Assembly (NCBI GenBank): GCA_963751035.1
Contig: CAVVSW010000006.1
Coordinates: 2,347-66,346, forward strand
DNA: 64,000 bases
Source: an uncultured Actinomycetota bacterium
GTDB lineage: Bacteria; Actinomycetota; Actinomycetes; JACCUZ01
Direction: 5' to 3'
A model generated the notes under the pieces. It did not search any database, was not told the DNA's origin, and saw only the letters and a program-made list of their open reading frames with translations. The position numbers and the translations under genes are program-made. This document shows positions 31,646 through 49,360 of the stretch, one piece after another. Position 1 is the stretch's first letter. Every line of letters begins with the position of its first letter.

Positions 31646-32415
31646 GCAACCCCGCGGTCGGCGCCCTGCGGCAGAGCGGCAACCTGTTCGCCCTCGGGCT
31701 CGACGTCATGCGTGCGCTGCCGAAGCGCCCGTTCCAGACCAAGGAGTTCATCCAGCAGGCCTGGTTCATCGCCAGTGTCACCATCCTGCCGACCGCGCTG
31801 GTCAGCATCCCGTTCGGTGCGGTCATCGCCCTCCAGCTCGGCAACCTCACGCGCCAGCTCGGCGCCCAGTCGTTCACCGGTGCAGCGAGCGTGCTCGCCG
31901 TCGTGCGCGAGGCCAGCCCGATCGTCACCGCCCTGCTCATCGCCGGCGCCGGTGGGTCGGCGATCTGCGCCGACCTCGGCGCGCGCAAGATCCGCGAGGA
32001 GATCGACGCGATGGAGGTGCTGGGCATCTCCCCGATCCAGCGTCTCGTCGTGCCCCGGGTACTCGCGATGATGCTGGTCGCCCTGCTGCTCAACGGCCTC
32101 GTGTCGGTCGTGGGTGTGATGGGCGGCTACTTCTTCAACGTCGTCCTGCAGGGCGGCACGCCCGGTGCCTACCTGGCCTCGTTCACCGCACTCGCCCAGC
32201 TGCCCGACCTCTACGTCGGCGAGCTCAAGGCGGTGGTCTTCGGGGCGCTGGCGGCGATCGTCGCCTCCTACAAGGGCCTGACCGCCGGTGGTGGCCCGAA
32301 GGGCGTCGGCGACGCGGTCAACCAGTCGGTCGTCATCACCTTCATGCTCCTGTTCGTCGCCAACTTCGTGATGACCGCCATCTACTTCCAGGTCGTCCCG
32401 CAGAAGGGCATGTGA
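31642..32415 (+). CDS. Mce permease YrbE-A (MlaE family)
   Basis: EFIQQAWFIASV, AICADLGARKIREEIDAMEVLG. Confidence 0.93.
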   Translation: MSNPAVGALRQSGNLFALGLDVMRALPKRPFQTKEFIQQAWFIASVTILPTALVSIPFGAVIALQLGNLTRQLGAQSFTGAASVLAVVREASPIVTALLIAGAGGSAICADLGARKIREEIDAMEVLGISPIQRLVVPRVLAMMLVALLLNGLVSVVGVMGGYFFNVVLQGGTPGAYLASFTALAQLPDLYVGELKAVVFGALAAIVASYKGLTAGGGPKGVGDAVNQSVVITFMLLFVANFVMTAIYFQVVPQKGM

Positions 32416-33239
32416 TGGCCGTTCTGGAGGTGGCACGCAAGCCGCTCGATGGCCTGGACGGCCTCGGCGGGCAGCTGCGCTTCTACGGCCGCAGCCTGGC
32501 CTGGACCCCGCGCACGCTGCGCCGCTACAAGAAGGAGATCCTGCGCCTGCTCGGCGAGGTGGCGCTGGGCACCGGCGCGCTCACCGTCATCGGCGGCACG
32601 GTCGGAGTCATCGCGTTCCTCGCCTTCTTCACCGGCACCGAGGTCGGCCTCCAGGGCTACGCCGCCCTCAACCAGCTCGGCTCGTCGGCGTTCACCGGCT
32701 TCGTGTCTGCCTACTTCAACACCCGCGAGATCGCGCCGCTGGTCGCCGGCCTGGCGCTGGCCGCGACGGTGGGATGCGGCTTCACCGCCCAGCTCGGCGC
32801 GATGCGGATCAGCGAGGAGGTGGACGCGCTCGAGGTGATGGGCGTGCCGTCGCTGCCGTACCTGGTGACGACGCGGATGATCGCCGGCTTCATCGCCGTC
32901 ATCCCGCTCTACGTGATCGGGCTGCTCTCGTCGTACGCCGCGACCCGGCTCATCGCCACCGGCTACTACGGCCAGTCCAAGGGCACCTACGACCACTACT
33001 TCCACCTGTTCCTGCCGCCGGGCGACGTGCTCTGGTCGTTCGGCAAGGTGATGGTCTTCGCGGTCGTGATCATCCTGATCCACTGCTACTACGGCTACAC
33101 CGCAAGCGGCGGCCCGGCAGGCGTGGGTGTCGCCGTCGGCAAGGCCGTGCGCACCTCGATCGTCGCGATCAACGTCGTCGACTTCTTCCTCAGCCTGGCC
33201 ATCTGGGGCGCCACCACCACCGTCCGGATCGCGGGGTGA
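32415..33239 (+). CDS. Mce permease YrbE-B (MlaE family)
   Basis: TAQLGAMRISEEVDALEVMG, HCYYGYTASGGPAGVG. Confidence 0.93.
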   Translation: MAVLEVARKPLDGLDGLGGQLRFYGRSLAWTPRTLRRYKKEILRLLGEVALGTGALTVIGGTVGVIAFLAFFTGTEVGLQGYAALNQLGSSAFTGFVSAYFNTREIAPLVAGLALAATVGCGFTAQLGAMRISEEVDALEVMGVPSLPYLVTTRMIAGFIAVIPLYVIGLLSSYAATRLIATGYYGQSKGTYDHYFHLFLPPGDVLWSFGKVMVFAVVIILIHCYYGYTASGGPAGVGVAVGKAVRTSIVAINVVDFFLSLAIWGATTTVRIAG

Positions 33240-33245
33240 AGCCGC

Positions 33246-34593
33246 ATGCTGATGAAGGCACCCAAGCGCACCGGCGTGGGCCAGAAGGTGATGCTGCGGG
33301 TCTACGGCGTGGTGTTCCTCCTGGTGATGGCTCTGCTCATCGGGCTGAGCATCGCGACCTACCAGAAGGCGTTCGTGGACGTGGTCCACGTGACCCTGCA
33401 GACCGACAAGGTCGGCAACCAGCTCGCCCCGCCGTCCGACGTCAAGCTGCGCGGCCTGATCGTCGGAGAGGTCCGCAAGGTCACCTCCGACGGCTCGACC
33501 GCGACGGTCGACCTGGCGCTGGACCCCGACTCGGTGGGGCTCATCCCCAGCAACGTCAGCGCCCGGCTGCTGCCCAAGACGTTGTTCGGTGAGAAGTACG
33601 TCGACCTGGTGATGCCCACCGAGCCCGCCGCCCGGCCGATCCGTGAGAACGACGTGATCCCGCAGGACCGCACGACCGTGGCGATCGAGCTCGAGCGGGT
33701 GCTGGCCGACCTGCTCCCGCTGCTGCGCACCATCCAGCCGGCCAAGCTCAACGCCACCTTGAACGCTCTGGCCACCGCGCTGGAAGGCCGCGGTGACCAG
33801 CTCGGCGACAACCTGCAGCTGGTCAACCGCTACTTCACCGAGCTCAACCCGAGCATGGAGACCATCCAGGCCGACATCTCCGGGCTGGCGGACTTCTTCT
33901 CCATCTACGCCGACGCCGCGCCCGACCTCCTGCAGCTGCTTCGCAACCAGTCGGTCACCATGACGACGTTCGCCCAGAAGGAGAACGTCTACACCGGCTT
34001 TCTGCTCGGCACGACCGCCTTCGCCAACACGACGCGCACCGCCGTCGCCGAGAACGAGAACCGCATCATCCAGCTCGGCCAGGTGAGCCGGCCCACGCTG
34101 CGCGTCCTCGCCAAGTACAGCCCGGAGTACCCCTGCCTGCTCAAGAGCATCCGGGAGGCCAACAGCAACGACCCCAACAGGCCGGGCGCGATCGGCGGAG
34201 CGTTCGTCAAGGGCTACCTCAACATCACCCTGGAGGTCGTGCCGCAGCGCGGCGAGTACAAGCAGGGCGAGGAGCCGCGGTGGGGCGAGAAGAGCGGGCC
34301 CAACTGCCGCGGCCTCCCGTCGCCCCCCCACAGCCAGGAGAACCCCGACCCGAGCGTGCACCTCAGCGACGGCAGCACCGGGCCGAACGGCGGGTCCGCC
34401 GCCCACCGCGGGCCGGGCCCTGCCCAGCATCCTGGTCGACCCCACCAGCGGGCATGCCGGCTCGGCCGAGGAGCAGCAGGTGGTCAACGCCCTGCTTGCC
34501 CAGAGCATGGGAGTCCAGCCCGGCGAGGTGCCCGACATCGCCACGCTGCTCTACGGCCCGATGGCCCGTGGAACGGTGGTGATGCAGCCGTGA
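33246..34593 (+). CDS. MCE family protein A (frameshift ~34400-34430)
   Basis: DVKLRGLIVGEV, PKTLFGEKYVDL; C-terminus LLYGPMARGTVVMQP in another frame. Confidence 0.88.
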
Positions 34594-35592
34594 AGACCAC
34601 GTCCGCACTCATCAAGCTGATCATCTTCACTGTCGTCACCGTGGTCGTCACCGGTCTGCTCGCCACCACGATCGGCAACTTCCGGTTCGGGGGCACGACC
34701 GAGTACCGCGCGATCTTCACCGACGTCACCGGGCTGCTGAAGGGCGACGACATCCGCATCGCCGGCGTCCGGGTGGGGTCCGTCGAGAAGGTCGAGGTCC
34801 ACGACCGGACGCTCGCGCAGGTGACGATCAGCGTCGACAAGGAGCGCCGGCTCTCCCAGAGCACGCAAGGCCGCCGTGCGCTACCGCAACCTCGTCGGCC
34901 AGCGCTACATCGCGCTGGTCGAGGGCGCCGGCTCCGACACCCCGCTCAAGGCCGGGGCCACCATCCCGCTCGACCAGACGACACCAGCGCTGGACCTGAC
35001 TGTGCTGTTCAACGGGTTCAAGCCCCTGTTCACGGCGTTGAGCCCGACGGACATCAACGAGTTCTCGTTCGAGATCATCCAGACCCTGCAGGGCGAGGGC
35101 AGCAGCATCAACAGCCTGCTCGCCCACACCGCCTCGCTGACCTCCACGCTGGCCGACCGCGACGCCGTCATCGGCCGGACGCTGGACAACCTCAACGCGG
35201 TGCTCGGCACCGTCGACCAGCGCGACCAGAAGCTCTCCGAGCTGATCCTGCAGCTGCAGCGCTTCATCAGTGGCCTGTCCGAGGACCGGGAGGCCATGGG
35301 CGCCTCGCTGACGAACATCTCCGGTCTCGCCGACGCGACTGCAGGACTGGTCGAGGACGCCCGTCCCGGGCTCAAGACCGACATCCGTGAGCTGGGCGAG
35401 GTGGCCGGCAACCTCGACGACAACAAGAAGGTCGTCAACGAGTTCCTGGACCGGTTCCCCGGGAAGCTGAACACGATCACCCGCACCGCGACGTACGGCT
35501 CGTGGTTCAACTTCTATCTCTGTGAGTTCTCCGTCAAGGGCTCCGGTGCACCTCCGGAGAAGCAGCCGGGCGCGGCCGGGAGGTGTCCCTGA
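34590..35592 (+). CDS. MCE family protein B (frameshift ~34870)
   Basis: FTDVTGLLKGDDIRIAGVRVGSV, RYRNLVGQRYI, YGSWFNFYLC. Confidence 0.88.
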
Positions 35593-36563
35593 TGGCACCG
35601 TTCCGTGAGCGCAACCCCGTCGTCGTCGGCGCCGTCGGCCTGGCCGTGATCGCCGCACTGCTGCTGTTCGCGTTCAACATCGACAAGATCCCCTTCCTCA
35701 ACGGCACGAAGTACACCGCGGCCATCAGCGAGGCCGGCGGTCTCAAGCCCAACGACGAGGTCCGCATCGCCGGGGTCAAGGTCGGCAAGGTCACCGGCGT
35801 CGACCTGGACGGCGACCACGTGCGCGTCACGTTCCGGGTCGACCGCGGCACCGAGTTCGGCAACGAGACCAGCGCGTCCGTGCGCATCAAGACCGTTCTC
35901 GGCCAGAAGTTCCTGATGCTCGAGCCCAAGGGCTCCGGCCAGCTCGCGTCCGGCAGCGAGATCCCGATCTCGCGCACGGTCGCGGCCTACGACGTCGTCG
36001 AGGCGTTCAGCGACCTGGCAACCACCGCGGAGAACATCGACACCGAGCAGTACGCCGAGGCCCTGGACACGATCGCCACGACTTTCCAGGACTCACCCGA
36101 CGAGGTCCGGGGCGCCGTTGACGGCCTCGGCCGGCTCTCGCGCACCATCGCCTCCCGCGACGCCCAGCTGCGCGAGCTGCTCGACCACACCGCCGGTGTC
36201 TCCGAGGTGCTCGCCGACCGCAACGAGGAGTTCATCTCGCTGCTTGCCGACGGTGACCTGCTGCTCGAGGAGCTCCAGAAGCGCCGCCAGGACATCCACG
36301 TCCTGCTGGTCAGTACGTCCAAGCTGTCCACCCAGCTCACGGCACTGGTGCGCGAGAACCGCAAGGAGATCGGGCCCGCCCTGCAGAACCTGGCCAATGT
36401 CGTCGCGGTGCTGCGGGCCAACCAGGACAACCTCGACAAGAGCATCGAGCTGATGGCTCCGTTCGTGCGCGTCTTCGCCAACACCCTCGGCAACGGGCGC
36501 TGGTTCGACACCTACGTCGAGAACCTCGTCCCGGTCGAGGCCGTCGAGGAGGCAAAGCCATGA
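35592..36563 (+). CDS. MCE family protein C
   Basis: FRERNP, EAGGLKPNDEVRIAGVKVG, GNGRWFDTYV. Confidence 0.92.
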   Translation: MAPFRERNPVVVGAVGLAVIAALLLFAFNIDKIPFLNGTKYTAAISEAGGLKPNDEVRIAGVKVGKVTGVDLDGDHVRVTFRVDRGTEFGNETSASVRIKTVLGQKFLMLEPKGSGQLASGSEIPISRTVAAYDVVEAFSDLATTAENIDTEQYAEALDTIATTFQDSPDEVRGAVDGLGRLSRTIASRDAQLRELLDHTAGVSEVLADRNEEFISLLADGDLLLEELQKRRQDIHVLLVSTSKLSTQLTALVRENRKEIGPALQNLANVVAVLRANQDNLDKSIELMAPFVRVFANTLGNGRWFDTYVENLVPVEAVEEAKP

Positions 36564-37855
36564 GCGGCCTGCGACTGCCGGGGCAGGCTCGGCGCGGCAC
36601 CCGCCGGGCCGGAGCCGGCTCGATGCCGGACTGGTTCCCGTTCGGCTCTGCGACGTCCCCCAACGGTGACAAGGCTCCCGCTCCCGCGGCTGCCTCCCCT
36701 GCCGGCGCCGCTCCGGTTGCCGAGCGGTCCGGGATCCCGGCGACGCGGCTGATCGCCGGCGGGCTCGCCTTCGTGCTCCTCGCGCTTGCCATCATCTGGT
36801 TCTGGCCTGGGGCCGGCACGGTGCAGGCGACCGCACACTTCCCGCGGGCGGTGGGCCTTTTCGTCGGCTCGGACGTGCGCATCCTCGGCGTCAAGGTCGG
36901 TGAGGTCAGGGAGGTCGTGCCCGAGGGCACCTCGGTGCGGGTCGAGTTCGAGTACGACGACAAGTACAAGGTCCCGAGCGACGCCAAGGCAGCCGTCGTC
37001 GCGCCGTCGGTGGTGAGCGACCGCTACGTCCAGCTGACGCCGGTCTACAAGGGCGGCCCGACCCTGGCCGACGGCGCCGACATCCCGCTGGAGCAGACCG
37101 CGACGCCGGTGGAGCTGGACCGGATCTTCTCCAGCCTCAACGACCTCAACGTGGCCCTCGGCCCCGAGGGCGCCAACAAGGACGGCGCTCTCAGCCGGTT
37201 GCTGAAGGTCGGGGCCGACAACCTCGACGGCCAGGGCGAGGACATCAACGCCACCTTCCACGACTTCTCCACGGCCGTCAGCACCCTCTCCGACGGCAAG
37301 GACGACCTGTTCGGCACCGTGCGCAACCTGCAGGTCTTCACCACGGCACTGGCCCAGAACGACCAGCAGGTCCGGTCGTTCAACCAGAACCTCGCGAGCG
37401 TCGCCGACCAGCTGGCGGGGGAGCGGCAGGAGCTCTCCGCCGCGCTGAGCAACCTGGCCGTGGCCCTGAGCGAGGTCGCCGGCTTCGTGCGCGACAACCG
37501 CAAGAACCTCTCGGCCAACATCCAGGGGCTCGCCGAGGTGACCGACGTGTTGGTGACCCAGCGCGACGCGCTCGCCGAGACCCTCGAGGCCGGTCCGGTC
37601 GCGCTGTCGAACCTCCAGCTCGCCTACAACCCCCGCTCCGGGACGCTCGACACCCGCAACAACGCGCAGGCCCCGGACTTCGGACAGGTGCTCTGCTCCG
37701 TCCTGACCGCGATCGGCAAGGCCGACAAGTGCGCCGAGCTCGAGGACAGCCTCGCGGCGCTGGAGAAGGGTGAGAAGCCCGCGCTCGTTGGCGGCGACTC
37801 GGCGTCGCGGGCGCCCGACCTCACCCTCGGCGGCATCCTCGGGGACGCGCCATGA
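36560..37855 (+). CDS. MCE family protein D
   Basis: GLFVGSDVRILGVKVG, VSDRYVQLTP; start uncertain. Confidence 0.9.
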   Translation: MSGLRLPGQARRGTRRAGAGSMPDWFPFGSATSPNGDKAPAPAAASPAGAAPVAERSGIPATRLIAGGLAFVLLALAIIWFWPGAGTVQATAHFPRAVGLFVGSDVRILGVKVGEVREVVPEGTSVRVEFEYDDKYKVPSDAKAAVVAPSVVSDRYVQLTPVYKGGPTLADGADIPLEQTATPVELDRIFSSLNDLNVALGPEGANKDGALSRLLKVGADNLDGQGEDINATFHDFSTAVSTLSDGKDDLFGTVRNLQVFTTALAQNDQQVRSFNQNLASVADQLAGERQELSAALSNLAVALSEVAGFVRDNRKNLSANIQGLAEVTDVLVTQRDALAETLEAGPVALSNLQLAYNPRSGTLDTRNNAQAPDFGQVLCSVLTAIGKADKCAELEDSLAALEKGEKPALVGGDSASRAPDLTLGGILGDAP

Positions 37856-39057
37856 GCGCCCACGCCGGCCGCGCGGCCCGGATGACCGCGACCGCCGCTG
37901 CCGCCGCCATCCTGCTCACCGGGTGTCAGGGCCTGTACGACGTGCAGCTGCCCGGTGGCGCCGCGACCGGTGACGACGTCTACCGGGTCGTCGTCGAGTT
38001 CCGCGACGTGCTCGACCTCGTGCCGCAGTCGGCCGTCAAGGTCAACGACGTCACGGTCGGTGCGGTCGAGGACATCTGGCTGGACGGCTGGACCGCCCGC
38101 GTCCGGCTGCGCCTCGAGGACAAGGTGAAGCTGCCGGACAACGCGGTCGCCGAGCTGCGCCAGACCAGCCTGCTCGGCGAGAAGTTCGTGTCCCTCGAGG
38201 TGCCGACCGACGCGGCGCCGACGGGTCGCCTCGGCGACAAGGACGTGATCCCGCTCGCTCGCTCCGGGCGCAACCCCGAGGTCGAAGAGGTCTTCAGCGC
38301 GCTGTCGCTGCTGCTCAACGGCGGCGGCGTGGCCCAGCTGCGGACCATCAACCACGAGCTCAGCCAGGTGATGCAGGGCCGTGAGGGCGACATCAAGAGC
38401 GTGATCGACCAGCTGGACACGTTCATCGGCGGGCTGGACGACCACAAGTCGGAGATCGTGCGGGCGCTCGACGGGTTGGACCGGCTCAGCGCCAACCTGG
38501 AGGCCCAGAAGAAGGACCTCGCGGTCGCGCTCGACGACATGCCCCAGGGCCTCAAGGTGCTCGCCGACCAGCGCGAGCTGCTCACCCAGATGCTGACGGC
38601 GCTGTCCGACCTCGGGGTGGTCGGCACCCGGGTGATCAAGGCGTCCAAGGACGACTTCGTGGCAAACCTCGAGTCGCTGGCCCCGATCCTGACCAAGCTG
38701 GCGCAGGCCGGCTCCGACCTGCCCTACGCACTCGAGATGATGTTCACCTATCCCTTCCCGCGGTCCTCCCTGGGAGCGATCCGCGGCGACTACACCAACC
38801 TGCGCGCCGACGTCGATCCGGCCTCCGTGGAGCAGTTCATCGCCTCGCTCCCGAAGGCACCGGCGGGCTCGTCGAAACCGAAGCCGCTGATCCCGCTCGA
38901 CCAGCTGCCCGCGTTCCCGAAGTGGCCGCTGCCCGACGTGTGCTCCGCCGCCGACAACCCGGCCGCCGGCCAGGTGCTGCCCGAGTGCGTCCTGCCGGGC
39001 GGCGACATCGCCAACCCCGACCTGCTCGAGCTGATGCTGGGGGGGTTGGTCCCATGA
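37852..39057 (+). CDS. MCE family lipoprotein E (LprK-like)
   Basis: Lipobox LLTGC, VKVNDVTVG, QTSLLGEKFV. Confidence 0.92.
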   Translation: MSAHAGRAARMTATAAAAAILLTGCQGLYDVQLPGGAATGDDVYRVVVEFRDVLDLVPQSAVKVNDVTVGAVEDIWLDGWTARVRLRLEDKVKLPDNAVAELRQTSLLGEKFVSLEVPTDAAPTGRLGDKDVIPLARSGRNPEVEEVFSALSLLLNGGGVAQLRTINHELSQVMQGREGDIKSVIDQLDTFIGGLDDHKSEIVRALDGLDRLSANLEAQKKDLAVALDDMPQGLKVLADQRELLTQMLTALSDLGVVGTRVIKASKDDFVANLESLAPILTKLAQAGSDLPYALEMMFTYPFPRSSLGAIRGDYTNLRADVDPASVEQFIASLPKAPAGSSKPKPLIPLDQLPAFPKWPLPDVCSAADNPAAGQVLPECVLPGGDIANPDLLELMLGGLVP

Positions 39058-40316
39058 TCACGCGCGCGACGAAGATCCAGCTCGCGGTGTTCGTGCTCAT
39101 CAGCCTGCTCGGTGTCAGCTACGTCAGCGCCAGGTACGTCGGGCTGACCGACAAGGTGACCGGAAGCACCTATCTGGTCAGTGCCGACTTCGCCGAGTCC
39201 GGCGGCATCTTCACCAACGCCGAGGTGACCTACCGCGGAGTCACCGTGGGCCGGGTCGACCGGCTGGCGTTGCAGCGCGACGGGGTCAAGGTCCACCTCC
39301 GGCTCGAGGACGGCACCAAGATCCCCTCGGACACGATGGCGGTCGTCGCCAACCGCTCAGCGGTCGGTGAGCAGTACGTCGACCTGCAGCCCAAGAGGTC
39401 CGGCGCGCCCTACCTCGCCGCGGGCGGTGTGATCCCGCGGCGCAACACTGAGACCCCGCTGCCCGTGCAGACCCTCCTGGTCAACCTCGACCGGCTGGTC
39501 AACTCGGTGCCGCGCGACGACCTGGTGACGGTCATCGACGAGCTCGGCGCCGCCTTCAACGGCACCGGCGCGGATCTGCAACGGCTCATCGACAAGGGCA
39601 ACGCCCTCACCAAGGAAGCGACCACGGCACTGCCCGAGACGGTCCGCCTCATCGACGACGGGCAGACCGTGCTGGACACCCAGCGCGTCTCCGGACCCGC
39701 CATCAAGAGCTTCGCCGAGGACCTCGCCCTGCTCAGCGCCACCCTGCGCGACCGCGACGCCGACCTGCGGGCGATCCTCGACAACGGGACCGTCGCGGCG
39801 CAGCAGCTGGAGCGGCTGCTGCGCGAGAACCGGCCGGCCATCGCCACGCTGCTCGGCAACCTGCTCAGCGGCGCCCAGGTGACCGTGGCCCGCATCGATG
39901 GGCTGGAGCAGATCCTGGCGACCTACCCCGCGGTTGTCACCGGCGGCTACACGGTGGTCCCCGGCGACGGCACCGCGCACTTCGGCCTGGTCGAGCAGAT
40001 GGAGCCGAAGTCCTGCCAGTACGACAATCCCCGGCGCAGCCCGAACGAGACGTCCAACACCCCGGCCAACACCCGCAACGCCCGCTGCACGAACCCGCCG
40101 CCCGGCTCGCAGGTCCGCGGGTCGGCGAACGCCCCTGGTCCACGGTCGGGATCCGCCGGCCAGGCACCGTCGTATCTTGGGGGCTACGACGCAGCCACTG
40201 GCACGGTCCTCGGCACCGACGGCAGGCCGGTGCTGATCGGCTCGCTCGGCGGCCAGCAGGGCCTGCTCGGAAAGGACTCGTGGCAGTGGCTGTTGCTCGG
40301 ACCGCTCGGGGAGTGA
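39054..40316 (+). CDS. MCE family protein F
   Basis: SGGIFTNAEVTYRGVTVG, SAVGEQYVDL, SWQWLL. Confidence 0.92.
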   Translation: MITRATKIQLAVFVLISLLGVSYVSARYVGLTDKVTGSTYLVSADFAESGGIFTNAEVTYRGVTVGRVDRLALQRDGVKVHLRLEDGTKIPSDTMAVVANRSAVGEQYVDLQPKRSGAPYLAAGGVIPRRNTETPLPVQTLLVNLDRLVNSVPRDDLVTVIDELGAAFNGTGADLQRLIDKGNALTKEATTALPETVRLIDDGQTVLDTQRVSGPAIKSFAEDLALLSATLRDRDADLRAILDNGTVAAQQLERLLRENRPAIATLLGNLLSGAQVTVARIDGLEQILATYPAVVTGGYTVVPGDGTAHFGLVEQMEPKSCQYDNPRRSPNETSNTPANTRNARCTNPPPGSQVRGSANAPGPRSGSAGQAPSYLGGYDAATGTVLGTDGRPVLIGSLGGQQGLLGKDSWQWLLLGPLGE

Positions 40317-40798
40317 CCCGACGCCAGACACTGCTGCTCGGCCTGCTCGCCCTGGCGGCCGTGGTTGCCGTCGTCGCGGCCGTGTTCCTTGCCAACCGGC
40401 TCGGTGATGTCGCGGACGAGGAGGCCCGGCGACAGGAGATCCTGCAGACCGCGCGTCAGCAGGGCGTGAACATCACGACGCTGGACTACCAGACGGTCGA
40501 CCAGGACCTCCAGCGCGTCCTCGAGCTGTCCACCGGCACCTTCCGCAAGGAGTTCCGCGCGGGCACCAAGGACCTCACCGACCTGGTCGTGAAGAACAAG
40601 GCCGTCTCCACCGGTGAGGTGCTGGAGGCCGGCATCGTGACCGCCGACAGCGACTCGGCCCGCGTCCTGGTGGTGGCCGACTCCACCGTGAGCAACGGGG
40701 CGAGCGCGCAGCCCCAGGTCCGCCACTACCGGATGCAGCTGGACATGGTCCGTCGCGGCGACCGCTGGCTCACCTCGACCCTGACGTTCGTGAGCTGA
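40313..40798 (+). CDS. Mce-associated membrane protein (Mam/Mas)
   Basis: Single TM, TLDYQT, STGTFRKEF, terminal W; position after mceF. Confidence 0.85.
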   Translation: MTRRQTLLLGLLALAAVVAVVAAVFLANRLGDVADEEARRQEILQTARQQGVNITTLDYQTVDQDLQRVLELSTGTFRKEFRAGTKDLTDLVVKNKAVSTGEVLEAGIVTADSDSARVLVVADSTVSNGASAQPQVRHYRMQLDMVRRGDRWLTSTLTFVS

Positions 40799-40803
40799 GC
40801 CGG

Positions 40804-41523
40804 ATGAGCGACAGCAGACCCCCGCGGCGTCGCGTCGCCGGCGAGCGATCCCGGCTGCGGCGGGCCGATCCCGCCGATGAGCAGGCAGCCGCCACCGCGC
40901 CGCCGACGCCGACGACGACGCCGACGACGACGACCGAGGACGCCCCCCGCGCCCGGCCCGAGCGGTCGGCCGTCGAGCCGCCGGCGCCGCCGCCGCCCCC
41001 GATCGGCCAGGAGACGTCGCGGCCGCGGTGGTTCTCCGTCGTGGCCGGCGGGCTGGCCGTGATCGCGCTCGTGGCGGCGGTCATCGCCGGCGTACTCGCC
41101 GTCCGGCTGGCGCAGGCTGACCCGAACGACCCGCCCGACTCCGTCTCGAAGACCCGCAGCGACGCCCTCGCGGCGGCCCGCTCGCACGCCCAGGAGGTCC
41201 TGTCCTACGACCACCGGACCCTGGACGCCGACTTCGCCAAGGCCGAGGCGGCCCTGACCGGGAAGTTCAAGAAGGACTACACCCGTACGACGAGCACGGT
41301 GGTCCGGCCCAGCGCCGAGCAGTACAAGGTGGTCGTGAAGGCCGAGGTGACGGCCGCCTCGGTGGTCCGGGCCACTGACCGTGAGGTGGTGGCGCTGCTG
41401 TTCGTGGACCAGACGACCACCTCCACCCGGCTCGAGGGCCCCAAGGTGGACCTCAACCGGGTGCGGATGACCTTGGTCGAGCAGGACGGAAAGTGGCTGG
41501 TCAGCGAGCTGGACGCGCTCTGA
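40804..41523 (+). CDS. Mce-associated membrane protein (Mam/Mas)
   Basis: Pro/Thr-rich N-terminus, TM, LSYDHRTLDADF, LFVDQTT, GKWLV. Confidence 0.85.
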   Translation: MSDSRPPRRRVAGERSRLRRADPADEQAAATAPPTPTTTPTTTTEDAPRARPERSAVEPPAPPPPPIGQETSRPRWFSVVAGGLAVIALVAAVIAGVLAVRLAQADPNDPPDSVSKTRSDALAAARSHAQEVLSYDHRTLDADFAKAEAALTGKFKKDYTRTTSTVVRPSAEQYKVVVKAEVTAASVVRATDREVVALLFVDQTTTSTRLEGPKVDLNRVRMTLVEQDGKWLVSELDAL

Positions 41524-41537
41524 GAGCCGTTCGGCCC

Positions 41538-41655
41538 TTGACGGGGACGGCGTTCGGGTCCATTCTGCTGGCGCTGTGACAACCGCAGAGGTGGCTGACC
41601 ACCCGAAGCGCTCCGCGAGGGGCCGCTTTACGTTCGCCTGCCCGCGGGGTATGCT
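41538..41655 (+). promoter_or_regulatory. Two candidate housekeeping promoters for rpoBC
   Basis: TTGACG-N17-CATTCT (41538-41566) and TTTACG-N17-TATGCT (41627-41655). Confidence 0.5.
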
Positions 41656-41750
41656 CGCCCTTTGCGCAGCCTCCTGACGCCCTCCGCGGATTCGCCGCGG
41701 GGTGTCCGGCATGCGCGGAAGTAACCGCGAGCCCTCGGAAGGACCCCCTC

Positions 41751-45266
<3,516 letters not shown>

Positions 45267-45360
45267 GGCGATGCGGTACGACGGGTCGCCCGCCAGGCAC
45301 GGCACGTCGTACCGCATCCGCCGACCAAGCATTGATCACTAACGACAGAGAGAAGCAAAC

Positions 45361-49245
<3,885 letters not shown>

Positions 49246-49268
49246 CCGGCCGCGACACGCACGACCGG

Positions 49269-49310
49269 GACGCCGGCCAGCGCAGGATCTCCTGCGCGGG
49301 CCGGCGTTCC
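49269..49310 (+). terminator. Hairpin after rpoC
   Basis: gacgccggcc-agcgcagga-tc-tcctgcgc-gggccggcgtt inverted repeat. Confidence 0.55.
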
Positions 49311-49360
49311 TGCATGATGGGCCCCTGTCATAGCGGCAGCCGACCAGATGGGGCGTTGGA

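Noticed and set aside
33246-35592. Apparent MceA-MceB fusion (714-aa ORF) or programmed frameshifting
   Set aside because: Explained by two single-base indels; normal stop/start overlap (GTGA at 34590) exists and no slippery site is evident
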